This document shows positions 57,263-64,000 of a stretch of 64,000 nt of DNA, piece by piece. The position numbers and the translations under genes are program-made. Source of the DNA: Balanoglossus misakiensis (lineage: Eukaryota; Animalia; Hemichordata). Positions within the stretch are counted from its first letter, which is position 1. Every line of letters begins with the position of its first letter. The DNA lies in assembly GCA_040954595.2 (NCBI GenBank), contig CM082582.2:3146303-3210302 (forward strand), written 5' to 3'. The notes below the pieces were generated by a model. That model was given only the letters and a program-made list of their open reading frames with translations, was not told the origin of the DNA and did no database searches.

Positions 57263-57627
57263 ATAGGATCTTCTAACGTTTCTGTTCTTCATGGTAATCT
57301 AATGGCTTTATTACCCTTGGGACCAGCTTTATCTAGCCTAGACAGATGCTCCAACTCTATCTGTGCATAAAACCTGTTTGTGTGGACTGTAGGTAAGTTA
57401 AAATTTGAAAAGAATAAATTCGTAGTCATGTTTTTGCTCAATCAACTGATGTGTGAGTGAGGCCTCAGGAAAGATGATGTGAATTATTAAAAGGAAAATG
57501 CTTGGCTCTTAATCAGATTCAGATATCAGATTTTTCATCAGATCACATGCAAGACTTTCATGTTTACTGCATTTTTCAGTTTTGTAACAAATCATTAATG
57601 TCCAACAAATGACTTCATGTGTGATAC

Positions 57628-57672
<45 letters not shown>

Positions 57673-57842
57673 CATTATTTTTATTTTTTTTGTTTGTGGA
57701 CTCTTAAAAATATGTAGACAATGACAAAGAGAAATTAGATGCTGAAAATGTGTTTTGTGTTTTAATCGCTTTACAATATTGCACTAAAAGCATGTCACCC
57801 AGCTGTTTCTGTTCTTGGGCATGCATCAGTGCTCAATACTAC

Positions 57843-58754
57843 TCAGGGAGTGGCTGCTAGGTCAGGACAAACATGCGACATGTAAAGCATCAACTGTTGG
57901 GTTATGACACTATCTCGCGGCATGTGTATGTTATCCTGGGCACGGTGAGACAGGGACATGTCCCAAATATCGACAAAGTGGAAACCCAGGCCGCCAAATA
58001 TTCGCCTCACCATTCGGTTGATGTCGTGCAGCACCCAGTTGCTGCTGTGGACTGCCTGTGTTACCAAGTCGTTGTTGCGCGGGTGGGTCATCTTGATCAT
58101 GACCTTGGCCCGGGGACATTGCGACAGCAGTCGCACGGCCGCCGTTCTGCCGGCTACAAGCCTTTCTATGTAGGCCCTGGAGGACCACGCCAGAAAATGG
58201 TAATTGATGTTCATGACCATGACGGCAGAGTTGCACGATGTCTGCCTGATCTCGTCTAAGACGTCGGATTCAAACTGCAGGTCGCTGACTTTGCTAAATA
58301 TACTGTTGCTTCCCGCCCGCATGGCGTGCTCGTGTGCGTATGTCGTGGTATTTTTACCTAATGTCAACCCCGATCTAGCGAACTTGAATTTGGCGCGCCC
58401 TGTCATCATGAAGACCAGCTGGTTGTACCACTGCCTCATCGTCGAGTCGCCGCAAAACCAAAGTGTCCGGTTTTCCAAACATCGAAACATTTCCTCCTCG
58501 TCGAACTGTTTGACTTTACACGAGGAAAAGTTGTACACCATATCACTCTCCCAATAACCATCAAAGATTGGTACAGGAAGATCTGGTCCACACAGAGGTG
58601 GATCTGGAATGGACTTCTTCGAGGATACGTCACCTTTCCCGTTTGAACCTTTTATCAGAATTGTGATCGGGTTGGCAGCAAATGGAACCTTCATGTAGTC
58701 ACTGAAACGATAGACATAACCTGTCCATAAGAGACTAGGCGAATCTTGTTGCAA
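57843..58754 (-). CDS. NXPE-family (PC-esterase/SGNH-like) protein, C-terminal exon
   Basis: CLENRTLWFCGDSTMRQW (GDS), NINYHF, FVDIWDMS, DNIHMP (DxxH), QLMLYMSHVCP. No upstream exons recognised before the next NLR 3' UTR. Confidence 0.8.
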   Translation of the reverse strand: MQQDSPSLLWTGYVYRFSDYMKVPFAANPITILIKGSNGKGDVSSKKSIPDPPLCGPDLPVPIFDGYWESDMVYNFSSCKVKQFDEEEMFRCLENRTLWFCGDSTMRQWYNQLVFMMTGRAKFKFARSGLTLGKNTTTYAHEHAMRAGSNSIFSKVSDLQFESDVLDEIRQTSCNSAVMVMNINYHFLAWSSRAYIERLVAGRTAAVRLLSQCPRAKVMIKMTHPRNNDLVTQAVHSSNWVLHDINRMVRRIFGGLGFHFVDIWDMSLSHRAQDNIHMPRDSVITQQLMLYMSHVCPDLAATP

Positions 58755-60731
58755 ATGGTTTTCCTTTTCGTATTATTCTGTTTCTAAAATTGTTTAAATG
58801 CAGATTAATTCCTATGGTGTTTTTTTTGAAGAATTCCAAACTAACGGGCCACTTAAAAAAACGCATATGCACTGAGGTCGCAAAAAATAAGCACATTTTC
58901 AATCCCCCCGAAAAAGAATCGCGTCAAGGACACGGTGGTCCCATTGAGGGATTACACAAGAAAAAGTCTACACCGGAGTACATGGCCATATACAGACAGA
59001 CAGACACTCACACACACATAGCGAGAGATCAATGGGCAAACACTGACTGACCCATAAGCTGCCAATGGCATATGTAATGTACATACACTAAATAGAACAG
59101 CTGCCCTCTTGAAAGCTTAGCCAGTTATGTGTGATACGTATGCTTAGTACGAAAGATTACTTTTTGTGATATCATATATGACCACATGAGGGCGCTACAC
59201 AGAATGGATTGGCAAGTCAGTGGAAGGAACTAAACCTGGATGTGATTTTGGGAATTTTAGTGATTTGATTAGAGGCAAAAATCTTTCAAGCTAAATGGCC
59301 GAAATAAAAAAAAAAATGTTTCTTTGTGATAAAATTTAAGACATCATTATTAGCTTTGACACAGGTTAATTTGTGGTCCTTCTAATTTGGTTGTAATGGC
59401 AAGTTTTTTCAGATCTGAAGAATTGGTTGTGATAAATATGTGTAGACCTGGACAAAGTCAGTGGTTTTTGTAGACTATGGCATCATCTCAATGCAAGATG
59501 CATTTATGTGGAACTGTTTGTGTAGGGGCTAATATGGAGTGAGATTGCTTACAGAGAGCTGAGTTGGTCATTTCTCTGCAGTGAGTTGGATATTCTGCTC
59601 AAACTCAAGTATACTGTATTCGCTTCCATTCAAACAATTATTTCACATATTTAATAGACTACAAATAATGTAATAATAATAATAATGACTATTTATTGCT
59701 GTATATAAACAATAAACAAAAAAATCTTTCAATAATAAATATAAAACAAAAATAAAAAGCACAAATTAAAACTTAACTGTAAAAGATATAATATGCTTTG
59801 AACAAAATCATGTATGTTATACAAAGAATTAATAATAACGTAAATTTACTACTCTATGTAAAACTAATAAAAATACATTTGAAATAATAAATCTAAAACA
59901 AAAATAAACAACATATATTAAATTATAGATCTCATATCATGCAGTTTAGGTTATGAAAAGAATATACAGTACAATTAAAATTTACTGCTATATGTAAACA
60001 AAAATGTATTAAAAACAATAAGCATAAAAAAATAAAAGGATATATCAAATTTGGTTCCTCCAGTTCTCGCGATATGCCAAAATGTCAAAATTCACTAAAT
60101 ATAAGAAGCAACACTCACTAACTTCAATCAGCTCTCAACAATTATCCATAAAACTACATTTTCCACAGACAGGCGCAATGTTTAGAGCATCTGATTTCTT
60201 AAGTGAATTCAACTTATTTGGATATCGTCACTAGTTTTTAAAGTGAATATAAAAGGAGGTCAGTCAGGAAAATTGTAGTTCAAACAAGCTGACACAAGTA
60301 CTGTAGAATGTGACCGCAAAAATATGTACCAGGGTATGTTGAATTGGGATATGTTGAGTGAAAAAGAAATTGCAAGATACTAACATGATGATGATCTATG
60401 ATATGAGTATCAAGTAGGGTTCCTATATACGGTACAACACCAAACAACACCACCATCGGAACTCAGAATAACAGGGCTATTCATCGCCAGCCGCTGAAAA
60501 GAACTACGGCGATCTCCAGAATCGGTATAAGGAAGTCCCACCCCACTCAGACTGACTAAGTCATGCATCACACACACAAAAAGAAAAGAAATAGATGACA
60601 ACCCTCCATCCCCCACCCCCTCCAGTATGACAATAATATTAAGGGGCGCAAGTGGGAGAATAATTCAATGTCACAACCATAATACTGATATCAAACTGCA
60701 CACAGCACTTTTACCAAACAATTGAACATGA

Positions 60732-63700
60732 TTACTCTTCACCCCCTGCAGAACTACACGAGCTACCAGCACTACTATGTCCATCACTGTGAATACTTCC
60801 ACGTCGACTGAATTTGCTGGCATAAGCTGCTGTATCAGAATCTGATTCATCTGAATCAGAAACTAATCCATCAATATTCTTTTTATCAAAATGTTCCGGC
60901 ATATCACGAATATCATTGTGACTCAAATCAATATAAGGTGATCTTTGTAAAGAATCAACAACAAATTGTAAGTTAATCACACCTCTGTCTGTAATGTTAT
61001 TATAACCCAAATCAAGATGCTCTGAGCTTTGCAGTTTGGATAATACTTTGCTGAAAATATCAACACCAACATCTCCTATGTTATTATGACTAAGATCCAG
61101 GCGTCTCAGCAAAGTCATATTCTCCATCCCTTTACTTAAACTCTCTGCACCGACATCTCCAATGTTATTATGACTAAGATCCAGGCATCTCAGCAACTTA
61201 GTCATTTTCCCCATCCCTTTACTTAAACTCTCGGCACCAACAACTCCGATATTATTATGACTAAGATCCAAGTGTCTCAGCTCATACATATATTGCATGC
61301 GCATCCCTTTACTTAAACTCTCTGTACCAACATCTCCGATACTATTATGACTAAGATCCAAGTGTCTCAGCTCATACATATATTGCATTCGCATCCCTTT
61401 ACTTAAACTCTCTGCACCAATATCTCCGATATTATTATGACTAAGATCCAAGTGTTTCAGCTCATATATATTCCCCATCCCTCTACTTAAACTCTCTGCA
61501 CCAACATCTCCAATGTCATTATGACTAAGATCCAGGTGTCTCAGCTCAGTCATGTTCCCTATCCCTCTACTTAAACTCTCAGCACCAACATCTCCAATGT
61601 TATTATGACTAAGATACAGGTGTCTCAGCCCAGTCATATTCCCCATCCCTTTACTTAAACTCTCTGCACCAACATCTCCAATTTTATTATGACTAAGATC
61701 CAGGTGTATCAGCTCAGTCATTTTCCCCATCCCTTTACCTAAACTCTCTGCACCAACATCTCCAATGTTATTATGACTAAGATCCAGGTGTCTCAGCTCA
61801 GTCATATTCCCCATCCCTTTACTTAAACTCTCTACACCAACATCTCCTATGTTATTATGACTAAGATCCAGGTGTCTCAGGTCAGTCATATTCTCAATCC
61901 CTTTACTTAAACTCTCTGCACCAACATCTCCAATTTTATTATGACTAAGGTCCAGGTGTCTCAGCTCAGTCATTTTCCCCATCCCTTTACCTAAACTCTC
62001 TGCACCAACATCTCCAATTTTATTATGACTAAGATCCAGGTGTATCAGCTCAGTCATTTTCCCCATCCCTTTACCTAAACTCTCTGCACCAACATCTCCA
62101 ATGTTATTATGACTAAGATCCAGGTGTCTCAGCTCAGTCATATTCCCCATCCCTTTACTTAAACTCTCTACACCAACATCTCCTATGTTATTATGACTAA
62201 GATCCAGGTGTCTCAGATCAGTCATATTCTCAATCCCTTTACTTAAACTCTCTGCACCAACATCTCCAATTTTATTATGACTAAGATCCAGGTGTATCAG
62301 CTCAGTCATTTTCCCCATCCCTTTACCTAAACTCTCTGCACCAACATCTCCAATGTTATTATGACTAAGATCCAGGTGTCTCAGCTCAGTCATATTCCCC
62401 ATCCCTAATTTACTTAAACTCTCTGCACCAACATCTCCTATGTTATTATGACTAAGATCCAGGTGTCTCAGCTCAGTCATATTCACCATCCCTTTACTTA
62501 AACTCTCTGCACCAACATCTCCAATTTTATTATGACTAAGATCCAGGTGTCTCAGCTCAGTCATTTTCCCCATCCCTTTACCTAAACTCTCTGCACCAAC
62601 ATCTCCAATGTTATTATGACTAAGATCCAGGTGTCTCAGCTCAGTCATATTCCCCATCCCTTTACTTAAACTCTCTGCACCAACATTTCCAATGTTATTA
62701 TGACTAAGATCAAGGTGTCTCAGCCCAGTCATATTCCCCATCCCTTTACTTAAACTCTCTGCACCAACATCTCCAATGTTATTATGACTAAGATCCAGGT
62801 GTATCATCCCAGTCATATTCTCCATCCCTCTACTTAAACTCTCTGCACCAACATCTCCAATGTTATTATGACTAAGATCCAGGTGTTCCAGCAAAGTCAT
62901 ATTCTCCATCCCTTTACTTAAACTCTCTGCACCAACATCTCCAATTTTATTATGACTAAGATCCAGGTGTCTCAGCTCAATCATTTTCCCCATCCCTTTA
63001 CCTAAACTCTCTGCACCAACATCTCCAATTTTATTATGACTAAGATCCAGGTGTTCCAGCCAAGTCATATTCTCCATCCCTCTACTTAAACTCTCTGCAC
63101 CAACATCTCCAATGTTATTATGACTAAGATCCAGGTGTCTCAGCTCAGTCATTTTCCCCATCCCTTTACCTAAACTCTCTGCACCAACATCTCCAATTTT
63201 ATTATGACTAAGATCCAGGTGTCTCAGCTCAGTCATTTTCCCCATCCCTTTACCTAAACTCTCTGCACCAACATCTCCGATATTATTATGACTAAGATCC
63301 AGGTGTCTCAGCCAAGTCATTTTCCCCATCCCTTTACTTAAACTCTCTGCACCAACATCTCCGATATTATTATGACTAAGATCCAAGTATCTCAGCCAAG
63401 TCATTTTCCCCATCCCTTTACTTAAACTCTCTGTACCAACATCTCCGATATTATTATGACTAAGATCCAGGTGTCTCAGCCAAGTCATTTTCCCCATCCC
63501 TTTACTTAAACTCTCTGCACCAACATCTCCGATATTATTATGACTAAGATCCAAGTGTCTCAGCCAAGTCATTTTCCCCATCCCTTTACTTAAACTCTCT
63601 GCACCAAAATCTCCGATATTATTATGACTAAGATCCAAGTGTCTCAGCTCATACATATATTGCATGCGCATCCCTTTACTTAAACTCTCTGTACCAACAT

Positions 63701-64000
63701 CTCCGATATTATTATGACTAAGATCCAAGTGTCTCAGCTCATACATATATTGCATGCGCATCCCTTTACTTAAACTCTCTGTACCAACATCTCCGATATT
63801 ATTATGACTAAGATCCAAGTGTCTCAGCTCATACATATATTGCATTCGCATCCCTTTACTTAAACTCTCTGTACCAACATCTCCGATATTATTATGACTA
63901 AGATCCAGGTGTCTCAGCTCAGTCATATTCTCAATCCCTTTACTTAAACTCTCTGCACCAACATCTACGATATTATTATGACTAAGATCCAAGTGTCTCA
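60732..64000 (-). CDS. LRR array and C-terminus of a second NLR paralog (5' part outside the window)
   Basis: ~35 repeats of the same unit (some 30-aa MRMQYMYEL variants) and the same C-terminal cap ...DIFSKVLSKLQ...SSCSSAGGEE* as copy 1. Confidence 0.9.
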   Translation of the reverse strand, partial: RHLDLSHNNIVDVGAESLSKGIENMTELRHLDLSHNNIGDVGTESLSKGMRMQYMYELRHLDLSHNNIGDVGTESLSKGMRMQYMYELRHLDLSHNNIGDVGTESLSKGMRMQYMYELRHLDLSHNNIGDFGAESLSKGMGKMTWLRHLDLSHNNIGDVGAESLSKGMGKMTWLRHLDLSHNNIGDVGTESLSKGMGKMTWLRYLDLSHNNIGDVGAESLSKGMGKMTWLRHLDLSHNNIGDVGAESLGKGMGKMTELRHLDLSHNKIGDVGAESLGKGMGKMTELRHLDLSHNNIGDVGAESLSRGMENMTWLEHLDLSHNKIGDVGAESLGKGMGKMIELRHLDLSHNKIGDVGAESLSKGMENMTLLEHLDLSHNNIGDVGAESLSRGMENMTGMIHLDLSHNNIGDVGAESLSKGMGNMTGLRHLDLSHNNIGNVGAESLSKGMGNMTELRHLDLSHNNIGDVGAESLGKGMGKMTELRHLDLSHNKIGDVGAESLSKGMVNMTELRHLDLSHNNIGDVGAESLSKLGMGNMTELRHLDLSHNNIGDVGAESLGKGMGKMTELIHLDLSHNKIGDVGAESLSKGIENMTDLRHLDLSHNNIGDVGVESLSKGMGNMTELRHLDLSHNNIGDVGAESLGKGMGKMTELIHLDLSHNKIGDVGAESLGKGMGKMTELRHLDLSHNKIGDVGAESLSKGIENMTDLRHLDLSHNNIGDVGVESLSKGMGNMTELRHLDLSHNNIGDVGAESLGKGMGKMTELIHLDLSHNKIGDVGAESLSKGMGNMTGLRHLYLSHNNIGDVGAESLSRGIGNMTELRHLDLSHNDIGDVGAESLSRGMGNIYELKHLDLSHNNIGDIGAESLSKGMRMQYMYELRHLDLSHNSIGDVGTESLSKGMRMQYMYELRHLDLSHNNIGVVGAESLSKGMGKMTKLLRCLDLSHNNIGDVGAESLSKGMENMTLLRRLDLSHNNIGDVGVDIFSKVLSKLQSSEHLDLGYNNITDRGVINLQFVVDSLQRSPYIDLSHNDIRDMPEHFDKKNIDGLVSDSDESDSDTAAYASKFSRRGSIHSDGHSSAGSSCSSAGGEE

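Overview
Eukaryotic, intron-containing, AT-rich DNA, most likely from a marine invertebrate (inferred from gene content; taxon not determinable). The window is a mosaic of decaying gene duplicates and transposons. From left to right: a frameshifted O-fucosyltransferase-like gene (-); an inverted remnant of an NLR 5' region followed by a frameshifted coiled-coil-ZU5-ZU5-UPA-DED gene (+); a 5-finger C2H2 gene (+); a sulfotransferase pseudogene split by a non-autonomous Gypsy element (A, -); an acyl-CoA synthetase fragment; a damaged DED-glycosyltransferase-TRADD-N-like-NACHT-LRR receptor gene (-); an NXPE-like exon; and the LRR array of a second NLR paralog running off the window. Element A itself carries a nested, very young, intact 11.3-kb Gypsy element (B, +), which is the standout. 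B has 295-bp LTRs with one mismatch and a 4-bp TSD, a Gag with an N-terminal helix-hairpin-helix motif, a -1 frameshift signal and a Pol ending in a PHD finger. In the env position it carries a ~790-aa ORF ending in a TatD nuclease with all catalytic motifs intact, preceded by an env-style splice acceptor. All domain calls were made by eye from motifs; no database searches were run.
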